Below, one piece after another: positions 25,165 through 34,372 of a DNA stretch of 39,620 nt (its first letter is position 1; each line of letters begins with the position of its first letter). The stretch is from a virus. Taxonomy: Duplodnaviria > Caudoviricetes. Made by a program: the position numbers and the translations under genes. The notes below the pieces were generated by a model, which saw nothing but the letters and a program-made list of their open reading frames with translations, was not told where the DNA came from and did no database searches. The stretch is from positions 1 through 39,620 of the IMG/VR virus record IMGVR_UViG_3300032212_000698; one strand, 5' to 3'.

Positions 25165-27037
25165 TTACAAAGTAAAAATATCAGCAAACCCCGCTGAATT
25201 TGTAAGGGGAATGAAGACGGCCAGGTCTTCACTTAAAGGGTTTGGCTCGTCTGTTGTTTCTGTTCGTAATGCGGTTATTGGGCTTGCTGGTGCCGGCGGT
25301 TTTGGGTTGCTTGTTAAGTCATCTTTAGATTCGGTTGATGCACTTGCAAAAACGTCTGACAAGTTAGGTATAGCCACAGAAAAGCTTGCCGGTTTACGTT
25401 ATGCGGCTGAACTAACAGGTGTTAGCACTAATACAATGGACATGGCCTTGCAGCGCATGACCAGACGACTAGCAGAAGCGGCACAAGGTGGCGGTGAAGC
25501 AAAGGCGGCTATTGAACAGCTGGGATTAGACGCTCAGAAACTTGCGGCGCAATCGCCTGACAAGTCATTTAGAGAAATTGCGACAGCTATGGAGAGTGTC
25601 GACCAGCAATCTGAAAAAGTAAGGCTCGCGTTTAAGTTTTTCGATTCTGAAGGTGTTGCATTAGTTAATACGCTTGCATTAGGTTCAAAGGGATTAAACG
25701 ATGCTGCAAAAGAGGCTGAGCAGTTTGGAATTTCTATCAGTCGTGTTGATGCTGCTAAAATTGAAAAAGCTAATGATGCACTTGCAAAGGTCACATTAGT
25801 ATCAAAAGGTTTATCCCAGCAAATAGCTATTGGGTTATCGCCACATCTTGAATCGGCCGCAGATTCTTTTATTAATATGGGGAAAAGTGCCGGCGGCCTA
25901 GATATTATAATTAATGATACGGTAACAGAATCAAAAAATCTTTTTGTTTCATTTTTTGCGGCTGTTGATAGTGGTTGGTTAAATATAGCTGAATCTGGTG
26001 AAAAAGCGTCAAGCATAGTTGAGTTTGCCTGGGATGGCGCGATATCTCAAATAGAAAGCGTTTGGGGTAGTTTTGTAGGTACGCTTGCTGATGGTTTTGA
26101 GCTTGTTGGTCTTGATGATCAGGCCAACTCAATGTCAAATTTTTCTAATGCCTTAAAATCATCAAGTGAAAATTTACAGCCATTGGGCGAACAACTAGAC
26201 AGTATTACAGAGAAATTTGATCAACAAAGACAAGTAGTCGATCAAGCTGCTATTTCTGTTATCTCATTAAACAATGCAAGGTCGCTATTATTTAACCAGG
26301 ATGCAGTAAGCGCACAAAATCAATTATCTTCAGATGATCCAGAAAGTGAAAATTCAAAAATACCAGGGCTTCTAGGTCTTACTGATGAGCAAATGGAGGC
26401 TGAGTTAAATTTAGTTTCTAAACAATTTGATAGTCTTGATAAATTAGAAAAACAAAGTGCAGTCAGGCGTTTACAAATAGAGAAAAAAGTTTCTAATGAT
26501 ATAATTTTAATGAAAATGAATGTTGTTAGCCAAGCTGCAAATCTACTGAATATATTGGCGGGGGATAGTAAAAAAGCAGCTATAGCTATTATAGCTGTAG
26601 AAAAAGGCCTAGCTATAGCTCAAACAGTTATGAATACGAATGTTGCTGCAATGCGTGCATACGCTGAGCTTGGCCCTGTAGCTGGACCACCTGCAGCAGC
26701 AAGTATCAAATCTTTGGGGGCTATATCAATTGGATTAATTGCAGCTACGGGAATTGCACAAGCGGCAAATGTTGGCGGAGGAGGCAGCTCTATAAATTCT
26801 GGCTACGTTCCACAGAACAGTCTTGATCCAACTCAAGATATCGGTAATAGCTTAAGTCCTGGTAGTGATATTAATGGAGGCGGTTCTACATCAATCAACC
26901 TTTATTATAATCCTGAATTATTAAACGATGAATCAGTGAATGATTTAGCAGAAAGACTTGCTGATCATATTGAGAACAGAGATGTTATCTTAATTCGAAA
27001 TGGTACACGTAATGCCGATGAACTAAAGGATCAGTAA
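25148..27037 (+). CDS. Tape measure protein
   Basis: 629 aa, Ala-rich and helical; follows the chaperones. Confidence 0.9.
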   Translation: MMANPNYKVKISANPAEFVRGMKTARSSLKGFGSSVVSVRNAVIGLAGAGGFGLLVKSSLDSVDALAKTSDKLGIATEKLAGLRYAAELTGVSTNTMDMALQRMTRRLAEAAQGGGEAKAAIEQLGLDAQKLAAQSPDKSFREIATAMESVDQQSEKVRLAFKFFDSEGVALVNTLALGSKGLNDAAKEAEQFGISISRVDAAKIEKANDALAKVTLVSKGLSQQIAIGLSPHLESAADSFINMGKSAGGLDIIINDTVTESKNLFVSFFAAVDSGWLNIAESGEKASSIVEFAWDGAISQIESVWGSFVGTLADGFELVGLDDQANSMSNFSNALKSSSENLQPLGEQLDSITEKFDQQRQVVDQAAISVISLNNARSLLFNQDAVSAQNQLSSDDPESENSKIPGLLGLTDEQMEAELNLVSKQFDSLDKLEKQSAVRRLQIEKKVSNDIILMKMNVVSQAANLLNILAGDSKKAAIAIIAVEKGLAIAQTVMNTNVAAMRAYAELGPVAGPPAAASIKSLGAISIGLIAATGIAQAANVGGGGSSINSGYVPQNSLDPTQDIGNSLSPGSDINGGGSTSINLYYNPELLNDESVNDLAERLADHIENRDVILIRNGTRNADELKDQ

Positions 27038-27433
27038 ATGCCAGCATTCACATACACAGCAAAGAGAAGTTTAATAAACGGCCATGTAATTGATACTGTT
27101 TACTCAATTGATATTAATGCCCGAAGCATAGCAAGATCGTCAAGTGTTAAATCAAAAACAAAAAAGTCACTAGGTGGACAAACTGAAACCATTGTTCAAA
27201 GCCGAGATATTAATTGGTCTATCTCTCTAAATGGTATAACTGAATTAGATTTGCCAGCTATCAGAGAGTTTTTAGATTCTGTTGACGCCGGTGAATCATT
27301 TGTATTTGACCCATATGGAACAGTTGCAATTCCTGACAACCCAATCAGCGTAAAAGCTAGAGCAGGTTATACAGAGTCAAGACAGGGGTTTTCTGATTAT
27401 TTTGTTATTGGTTTTGGAGTGTATGAAATCTAA
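27038..27433 (+). CDS. Distal tail-like protein
   Basis: 131 aa directly after TMP; GESFVFDPYG. Confidence 0.7.
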   Translation: MPAFTYTAKRSLINGHVIDTVYSIDINARSIARSSSVKSKTKKSLGGQTETIVQSRDINWSISLNGITELDLPAIREFLDSVDAGESFVFDPYGTVAIPDNPISVKARAGYTESRQGFSDYFVIGFGVYEI

Positions 27434-27714
27434 GTTTTGCAGTGACCTGTAAAAACATCATAACCTGAGGACTTCTTTCTGCTATCAATAACATAGCCTT
27501 TAAGACAATATTTATGTTCTCCAAGATGGTTACCTAAGATGCGCTTAATTGCTTCATCTTCTGACTTCCAGATAGATCGATCATAAGGCCCCATGACAAA
27601 AGTGAATTCTTCTTTTCCGTCTGGGCTAACGCTTGGTTGAAAGCTGCTCATTGGTATCATTGGAGCGCAAGCCATTAAAGACACAGTAGCTAAAAGTATT
27701 ATTATTTTTTTCAT
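27430..27714 (-). CDS. Lipoprotein moron (possible superinfection exclusion)
   Basis: MKKIIILLATVSLMAC lipobox; antisense to the tail operon. Confidence 0.78.
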   Translation of the reverse strand: MKKIIILLATVSLMACAPMIPMSSFQPSVSPDGKEEFTFVMGPYDRSIWKSEDEAIKRILGNHLGEHKYCLKGYVIDSRKKSSGYDVFTGHCKT

Positions 27715-27737
27715 TCACTCTAGTCCTTGTATAGGGA

Positions 27738-28046
27738 TTATGCTGATTTTTTGCCAGGGTGTTTTTTGGTTGGTTTATCTTTTGTGTCTTGGGTTATCTT
27801 TATTGACTTATTTGTTTTGGATAATTCAATGAATGCCTGCTTGATGTATTCGCCAAAATCAGCCTTATTTAATACAAGAGTTTCAGCTTCGGCCTCGCTT
27901 GAAAAGCTTTGCTCAAGGCGATGGACGATTTCGGCATTCATGCTTCTACCAGAGGCATCGGCGGCTTTTTTTATCTTATCTCTCATGCCATCGGGTAAAC
28001 GAGTCATGAACTTATCTTGTGTTCTGCTTGGTGATTTTTGTGTCAT
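27738..28046 (-). CDS. Arc/Mnt-family ribbon-helix-helix repressor (Mnt-like)
   Basis: DKFMTRLPDGMRDKIK..A..SGRSMNAEIVHRLEQSF; probable leaderless start (TATATT-6 nt-ATG). Confidence 0.88.
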   Translation of the reverse strand: MTQKSPSRTQDKFMTRLPDGMRDKIKKAADASGRSMNAEIVHRLEQSFSSEAEAETLVLNKADFGEYIKQAFIELSKTNKSIKITQDTKDKPTKKHPGKKSA

Positions 28047-28074
28047 ATATGGAATATACATAATAAATGTCCAT

Positions 28075-28108
28075 TTGACACTAGTAGCCTATTGACACTA
28101 GTAGCCTA
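28075..28108. repeat. Perfect 17-bp tandem duplication TTGACACTAGTAGCCTA
   Basis: Two adjacent copies at 28075-28091 and 28092-28108. Confidence 0.95.
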
Positions 28109-28120
28109 TGGCTATATATT
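28092..28120 (+). promoter_or_regulatory. Pant-like promoter with operator
   Basis: TTGACA-17-TATATT, with the TAGCC-TAT-GGCTA palindrome in the spacer. Confidence 0.8.
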
Positions 28121-28151
28121 TAATAGCACATCAACTAGAGAGGGCATAGAT

Positions 28152-28307
28152 ATGAGTAATGCACAAATACAGCTCAGAATACCAAAGGAGCTAAAAGACA
28201 AGATCAAAGAGATTGCATCAAATGAAGACCGTTCAATGAATTGGATAATTAATAGGCTTTTAGAGGCTGGCGTTAAGGAGCAGCAAAAGGAGGCTAGTCA
28301 TGGGTAA
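28152..28307 (+). CDS. Arc-like repressor (51 aa)
   Basis: QIQLRIPKELKDKIKEIA..EDRSMN; GAGGG RBS. Confidence 0.88.
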   Translation: MSNAQIQLRIPKELKDKIKEIASNEDRSMNWIINRLLEAGVKEQQKEASHG

Positions 28308-29004
28308 GTTACTACAGTTCCCTGTAATAGCTGGGGTGGAGATTACAACAGACTTAGAAGGGCGGTTTAATCTTAATGCTTTGCATAGAGCAAGCAGTGA
28401 AGGAGCTGAGAAGGCCCCTGCTAAATGGTTTCGTAACAAGCAGACAAAGGCCCTTATTTCAGAACTTGAAAAGCAAACTGGACAAATATGTACAGTTACT
28501 AGTGAGGGCAGAAATGGCGGGAGTTTCGCTCATGAGTTATTGGCAGTCAGTTATGCGGGATGGATTAACCCTGCTTTCCAGCTAAAGGTCAATCAGGTGT
28601 TTATTGATTATCGTACCGGAACCATTCGGCCAGCCATACCACAAACAATGCCAGAAGCTTTACGTTTAGCAGCTGAATTAGCCGAAGCTGTTGAGGAAAT
28701 GAAACCAAAAGCAAAGGCTCTTGATCGCATTGCTACAAGTGATGGTGCAATGTGTATTACTGATGCAGCTAAGGACTTGCAAATAAAGCGCAAGGATTTG
28801 ATTTTACGTCTAAGCAATCATAAATGGATTTATCGTAGAGGGGGTAAGTCAAGCTGGATTGGCTATCAAGATAAAGTTCAATGCGGTTACTTGGAACATA
28901 AAGTAAGCACGATTGAGCGTCCAGATGGAACTGAGAAGTCAGTATCTCAAGTACGCATAACTCCAAAGGGCTTAACAAAACTGGCCCAAGAAGTTGCAGC
29001 CTAA
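28300..29004 (+). CDS. Antirepressor (KilA-N + KilAC/ANT domain)
   Basis: GRFNLNALHRAS..YAGWINPAF.LKV; PQTMPEALRLAA; QVRITPKGL.KL. Confidence 0.9.
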   Translation: MGKLLQFPVIAGVEITTDLEGRFNLNALHRASSEGAEKAPAKWFRNKQTKALISELEKQTGQICTVTSEGRNGGSFAHELLAVSYAGWINPAFQLKVNQVFIDYRTGTIRPAIPQTMPEALRLAAELAEAVEEMKPKAKALDRIATSDGAMCITDAAKDLQIKRKDLILRLSNHKWIYRRGGKSSWIGYQDKVQCGYLEHKVSTIERPDGTEKSVSQVRITPKGLTKLAQEVAA

Positions 29005-29075
29005 AACCAAAAAGCCCCCAGGAAACGGTAATTTCCAAAACGGGGGCCATGAATACTTAAATATGGAGGTATTCG

Positions 29076-29303
29076 ATGACTAATTTAGCACAGTTAGAAG
29101 ATTTTCAGCAAGAAAAAGAAATAACTAAGCTAAGGAAAGATGCTTATTACGAACAAGACTTGCACTTATCCATGGCTCTTAAGCTATTGGAAAATGAAAT
29201 ATCAGTAGAGCAGGGAGGCTACCCAGTAGACAGGGAACACGCTATTACACTGTATGTAAAAGCTGCGCTGGAAAGTATTAGAAAGATAGACGAACTTAGT
29301 TAA
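29076..29303 (+). CDS. Hypothetical protein after ant
   Basis: 75 aa; GGAGGT RBS lies within a hairpin. Confidence 0.75.
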   Translation: MTNLAQLEDFQQEKEITKLRKDAYYEQDLHLSMALKLLENEISVEQGGYPVDREHAITLYVKAALESIRKIDELS

Positions 29304-29329
29304 ATTAAAACCAAAATAGTTATTTATCG

Positions 29330-29352
29330 AAGCCCCTTAATTGGGGTTTTTT
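29330..29352 (+). terminator. Terminator ending the ant cassette
   Basis: AAGCCCC-TTAATT-GGGGTTT plus a T-tract. Confidence 0.75.
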
Positions 29353-29366
29353 ATGAGAAAAATAAA

Positions 29367-32300
29367 TTGAGAATAGACAATCCAACATTTGCCAGTGCAA
29401 ACGAGTCTGACAGTAAAGAACCGCGCTATGTCATTGAGATTAGCTTTGATAGCGCCAATACTGACTTACTCTATTTGACTTCACACAGCGATACTGAGAC
29501 CCCCGCAGGGGCTATTGGTGCAGGTATTGTGATAGAAAATGTCATAGAAGGCTTTTCAGGTCAATCTCAAGAGATTAACCCAGATAGGGGTAATTCGACT
29601 ATTGGGGGATTTACATTTAATTTGGTTGATGTTGGAGCGCAATTAACAACCTATCAGAGAGATAAATTATCCTTTGGTCGTGGTCTACGTCATAAACAAA
29701 TCGCAGCATATGTTGGCTTTGAAGGTCACGCATGGGATGACTATCAAAAAATACTAACTTATATCATTGATAGTGTTGATTACCTTGACGGTGTTTATAC
29801 ATTTACTTGTTCAGATATTCAGCGCCAGGCACGGAAAAGTATATTTGAGCCTGAAGTAACTTTTCTATCTGCATCAGTTGGGCCTGACGATTTATTAATT
29901 CCTGTCAGTGTAAATGATTTAACAAAATTTCCAACAGTTGAGCATGATGCTAGTTATTCAGAGCGTCCTAATCAAACAGTAAGTTATGTCAGGATTGAGA
30001 ATGAAGTTATTTGTCATTCTGGACTGGTTAATGATGTAACCCTGGGCCCGAGTTTTCAGGTGATTCAACGGGGCGCACTGAATACAAAAGCTTCAGAGCA
30101 TGTTCTAAAAGAAAACACTTCGGCTGATCGTCAAGAAAAAATTACAGAACACATTTATATTGAAGGGCCGGCAGCAAAAATAATCTATGCGATATTAACA
30201 GGCTTTTTAAGCGGTCAAAGCGCAACACTGCCCGATAATTGGCACTTAGGCATTAAGCCCCAGTATGTGAGATTAAGTGATTTTGAAAACATTGGTGACG
30301 ATTTATGGAATGTAACAAATGCTTCAGGTAGAAGTGTACGATTTGAGGGCTACAAAAAAACAGACGGTAAGCTATTCATAGAAAGAGAAATATTATTATG
30401 GCTTGGTTGTTTTATGCCAGTTTATTCAGATGGCTCATTAGGTCTTAAGCGCCTAACTAATGTGTTATCAGATTCGGGTTATTTAGTTGAGCTTAATTTT
30501 TTAAATGTTATTAACTATGGACGATTAAAACACGATTATAGCCGTGTTATCAATCAGATTGACATTGAATGGAATTATAATTTTAACAAAGATGATTTCA
30601 CAAAAAACTCTATACTAATTGATGCTGAAAGCTTAGCAATACATCAGGAAGCACCAAAGAAAACCTTTAAATTTAGAGGTGTTCATACAGGCAAGCACAC
30701 TGATGAGGATATTTTAAATCACTTTGATTCTATGCGGGATCGTTTCTCAGGGCCACCGTTAGCTATTGAAGTTGAAGTATCGTCTTCGCTTAACAGATTG
30801 GAAGTAGGTGATAATGTAAGGCTAACACTAGACCAGGTGAGAGACTTTACAGGCGCAAATATAAATCTATCACGCACATTTGAAGTGCAGAGGGTTCAAA
30901 CTAACTGGATAACGGGTGATGTAAAGCTACGTTTATTCGGTTCATCTCAAAGGGCTGGGACACTTCAGCGCACATCCTTAAGTAATGTATTACAAGATTC
31001 GTTTTATCCTGTTGGAATTGAGTTATCAACAGTATTAAATATTGTTAGTGGAGTTGTTACTTTAGATGGAGCACTCAACGGCAATGCTTTATTGTCAAAT
31101 GCAATTTATTATTATGAGGCTAATTTAGAAATTGCATCAGGTGTTACAGTAACTATAAATCAAAATGTTCAATTGCGAATACGCGGATTTTTAACTGTTA
31201 ATGGAAAGATAGACGGGAAGGGGGGCGGTCTTCTTGGTGGAGCTGGTGGTAGTTTATTTGCGGATAATGGCCTAGATTCTATTACAGTTAATTTAGTTTC
31301 AGGAACTGAGTTAGCTGCATTAGATAATGCTAGTCCTGGGATTTCTGGTTATTTAGGTTCGGCTAAATCTTCAGGTAACTTATATGCTGCGGGAAATGTT
31401 GATTTTTTAACAAGTAGACGATTCGGCATAGTAACAGAGGGTAAATTACAAAGCATACCCAATTATAATTTAGAAAATAAATTAACTGATGTTTCTGGCT
31501 TGCCTGTTGATTTACGCGGTACTTCCGGCCCAGGTGGTCGCCTGTTAAGTCGTCGCGATGGTGGCTTAACACTTGGTCATCCTTTATATGTCGTTGGAAA
31601 TGGAGGTAACGGCGGGAATGGTGGGGCAGGGCTATTAATTATTTGTAGAGGTATGGCTTTTGGCGCGTCTGGAACTATAGATACATCAGGTGGTGATGGT
31701 TTGTTAGGTGGTGGCGCAGTGGTACGTAGCAAACAGCTTTATGCGTCGAGTGGTGCCGGTGGTGCTCCAGGTGGCTTAGTTGTTTTGTTAGATGGTCTGT
31801 CTACGCCACCAGAACTATTTACAGGTCATATAGCGTTACAAGGCGAAAGTCCGATTAATGGCGCAACAGTTTATGACGCAAGGATTACGTCTGCTCAAAT
31901 GGCCGCACAAGGAATTAGCGCGCTTACAGTTCACCAGAGTCATTTAGGGTTTAGTAGTTTTGACTGGTTTGATGCAGCCTATGGTCTGCAATATATTCCT
32001 GAGTCCTCAAGTATAGACGAAGAGACCGGGCCAAAACCGCCACCCGTTAGTGGATTTACATCAGAGATTAGCGGAGAAAATGCCCTGTTAAAATGGGACA
32101 GTATAATAACTTCTGAGTTGTCTCATTTTGAGTTAAGGTCTGGTACAGTTTGGGCTACTGCAAACCCAATTGCTGAAGTGCGGTTAAATTATTTTAATAT
32201 CACATTGCTAACACCAGGCACTTACAATTATTTAATTAAGGCTGTTTTTTATTCAGGTCAAAAGTCAGAAACAGCGGCCCTTACAACATTAGACGCAACC

Positions 32301-33818
32301 TCATTTATTCCCACAACACCAGGCGCAGATATTACCGGAGATAATATTTCACTTGGAATAATAAACCAAGGCGCTTTAGCAACAGCGGATACGGTTGATT
32401 ATGGAACGCAAGTCGGCGGCGCTGAAAGACCAGATAACAACGCAACAAAAAATACCATGTATTATCAAGCAACCGAACCAGCGGGAACGCTTGATGATTT
32501 ATGGTACAACACCAGTAACTATTTATTTTATCGTCACAACGGCACAGGCTGGGTGATTGTCTCGAATAATTACACGAGTAGCTCACAGTTAGCAGACGGT
32601 GCAGGATGGAGTAATACCGCTAATTGGAGTCAAGTTGTTAACAACAACGGCGCACGACCTGCAAATTATGCAACTTACAACCCTGGTTCATTTGCAAATC
32701 TAATCGGCCGTATAACTTATACAAACATGGGAAGTTATTTTGATCCGGCGGCGATTGATGAAACCTATATAAAAGAAATTACCGCCGGTACAATTAATGT
32801 CGCTAACTTATCCGCGATTAATGCCATCCTGGGTAATGTCACTGCGGGCATCATCACTGCATCGAGTTTTTCTACGGCGTTTTCGGGAAAGCGTGTCGAT
32901 ATAAATGTTAGTAACACAAATGAGGTTAGGGTTTATGATGGTGTAAATACGTTGAGGGGGTCTTTTGGCTACAATAGTTTGCCGGGTGCGGGTGATTTTG
33001 CAATTGGGTATTTTGTCGGGGACAGTAGCTCTTATGGTGTCTATGCTACATCAACAGGTAATCTTGCGGCTATTTATGCGACAACGACTTCAAATCAGAT
33101 TGCTATTAAATGCGAAGTGTCTACAGCGGTAGGGCTATTTAGTTTAGTTTCATCGTCAGGAATAGGCGTTTTAGCTCAAACGACTAATTCTGCCGGGATT
33201 CCGTTTGATGCGTCACCTACTTCATCAGGAAGAGCGCATATAAGATTATCATCAAATGTCACTTACCAAACCGCAAGGCAAGGGTCTGGGTTTTTAAGGC
33301 GTACAATTCAAGGCATGCAATATGACGGGAATACGGGCATACCCCGACTGGTCACACCGAGTACTTGTTTTATAAAAGATGTAAAATCGAATAATGTAGC
33401 GGGGGGGACTTTTACGTCTGGGGCTTGGCAAACCAGAGATTTAAACAGTCTAGTGTCAGATGGATTTGAAGCCGCTTTTTGTACGCTATCAGTGAATCGA
33501 TTTACGCTTATTCAGGGGACTTATATTATAAGGGCATCGGCACCCGCAATGTACTGCAATAGCCATGTTGCAAAACTACGCAATGTATCTGTTAATGCAG
33601 ATACAGTGGTAGGCAGCGCAGAGCGAAGCGCAACTGGTTCTGGTGCTTGGGCGCAAACAAACTCTCTCATTGTCGGTAAATTTACAATAGCAAGTAGCCA
33701 AACATTTGAAATACAGCATAGATGCGCGACTACTAGACTGACAAATGGTTTCGGTATTGCCGCAAATTTTGGTGTGTCTGAGGTATACACGACTGTTGAA
33801 ATAACAAAAATAGCTTAG
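29367..33818 (+). CDS. Tail tip/hub and host-specificity protein
   Basis: 1483 aa: hub-like N-terminus, Gly-rich repeats, FN3-like domain, ANLSAI.A.LG..TAG (gpJ-like) and a C-terminal beta domain. Confidence 0.85.
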   Translation: MRIDNPTFASANESDSKEPRYVIEISFDSANTDLLYLTSHSDTETPAGAIGAGIVIENVIEGFSGQSQEINPDRGNSTIGGFTFNLVDVGAQLTTYQRDKLSFGRGLRHKQIAAYVGFEGHAWDDYQKILTYIIDSVDYLDGVYTFTCSDIQRQARKSIFEPEVTFLSASVGPDDLLIPVSVNDLTKFPTVEHDASYSERPNQTVSYVRIENEVICHSGLVNDVTLGPSFQVIQRGALNTKASEHVLKENTSADRQEKITEHIYIEGPAAKIIYAILTGFLSGQSATLPDNWHLGIKPQYVRLSDFENIGDDLWNVTNASGRSVRFEGYKKTDGKLFIEREILLWLGCFMPVYSDGSLGLKRLTNVLSDSGYLVELNFLNVINYGRLKHDYSRVINQIDIEWNYNFNKDDFTKNSILIDAESLAIHQEAPKKTFKFRGVHTGKHTDEDILNHFDSMRDRFSGPPLAIEVEVSSSLNRLEVGDNVRLTLDQVRDFTGANINLSRTFEVQRVQTNWITGDVKLRLFGSSQRAGTLQRTSLSNVLQDSFYPVGIELSTVLNIVSGVVTLDGALNGNALLSNAIYYYEANLEIASGVTVTINQNVQLRIRGFLTVNGKIDGKGGGLLGGAGGSLFADNGLDSITVNLVSGTELAALDNASPGISGYLGSAKSSGNLYAAGNVDFLTSRRFGIVTEGKLQSIPNYNLENKLTDVSGLPVDLRGTSGPGGRLLSRRDGGLTLGHPLYVVGNGGNGGNGGAGLLIICRGMAFGASGTIDTSGGDGLLGGGAVVRSKQLYASSGAGGAPGGLVVLLDGLSTPPELFTGHIALQGESPINGATVYDARITSAQMAAQGISALTVHQSHLGFSSFDWFDAAYGLQYIPESSSIDEETGPKPPPVSGFTSEISGENALLKWDSIITSELSHFELRSGTVWATANPIAEVRLNYFNITLLTPGTYNYLIKAVFYSGQKSETAALTTLDATSFIPTTPGADITGDNISLGIINQGALATADTVDYGTQVGGAERPDNNATKNTMYYQATEPAGTLDDLWYNTSNYLFYRHNGTGWVIVSNNYTSSSQLADGAGWSNTANWSQVVNNNGARPANYATYNPGSFANLIGRITYTNMGSYFDPAAIDETYIKEITAGTINVANLSAINAILGNVTAGIITASSFSTAFSGKRVDINVSNTNEVRVYDGVNTLRGSFGYNSLPGAGDFAIGYFVGDSSSYGVYATSTGNLAAIYATTTSNQIAIKCEVSTAVGLFSLVSSSGIGVLAQTTNSAGIPFDASPTSSGRAHIRLSSNVTYQTARQGSGFLRRTIQGMQYDGNTGIPRLVTPSTCFIKDVKSNNVAGGTFTSGAWQTRDLNSLVSDGFEAAFCTLSVNRFTLIQGTYIIRASAPAMYCNSHVAKLRNVSVNADTVVGSAERSATGSGAWAQTNSLIVGKFTIASSQTFEIQHRCATTRLTNGFGIAANFGVSEVYTTVEITKIA

Positions 33819-33879
33819 TGTTGTCGCGGTTAAATGTGGTTAAATAACTCGAAAAGATAATTGAATAAGGATGTACTGA

Positions 33880-34323
33880 ATGAACAGGTTGATTTTATCA
33901 GTGTTGCTTATCGTGTTGGTGGGGTGTGATCATCAAACGGGCGGGTCTGGGCGTGATAAAGGGGATTATGAGTACCTTGATACACAAACCGGCTTACGGG
34001 TCGCCTATGATGTGCCAAGCCCGATCACCCCTGACTTTATAAAAGAGGAGTGGCTATATACGCTACAGTGCACGGAGTTATACGCCTCGGGGCCCTATGT
34101 GGCCATGGTTAAACCGGGCAGTTTTTTGCCTTACTCAGGGATGTTCTACCGGGGGGATGAGGTGATTGAAATTGACGCGGACTGCTTGTGTATTGATGTC
34201 GTGGCGCATGAAATGATTCATTATTTACTGTTTGAAAATGGCCTGGCGGTGGATAATCATGAGAGTGTTTTATTTTCAAAATGCGCACCGTTTTCAACGT
34301 TGAACGAAGAGTATATTTATTGA
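33880..34323 (+). CDS. Lipoprotein with HExxH zincin motif
   Basis: VLVGC lipobox; VVAHEMIHY...H. Confidence 0.75.
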   Translation: MNRLILSVLLIVLVGCDHQTGGSGRDKGDYEYLDTQTGLRVAYDVPSPITPDFIKEEWLYTLQCTELYASGPYVAMVKPGSFLPYSGMFYRGDEVIEIDADCLCIDVVAHEMIHYLLFENGLAVDNHESVLFSKCAPFSTLNEEYIY

Positions 34324-34372
34324 TTTATCTGTGTCAGGATATGGGCGCTATTGCTGCTGTGGAATTTTAATT

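Noticed and set aside
14234-33790. Numerous antisense or alternate-frame ORFs within structural genes (e.g. 16572-17003, 22579-22938, 25534-26016, 27727-28095)
   Set aside because: Shadow ORFs of well-supported genes, lacking recognisable motifs.
29367-33818. DGR or shufflon diversification of the tail tip
   Set aside because: No reverse transcriptase, invertase, template repeat or alternative C-termini seen in the window.
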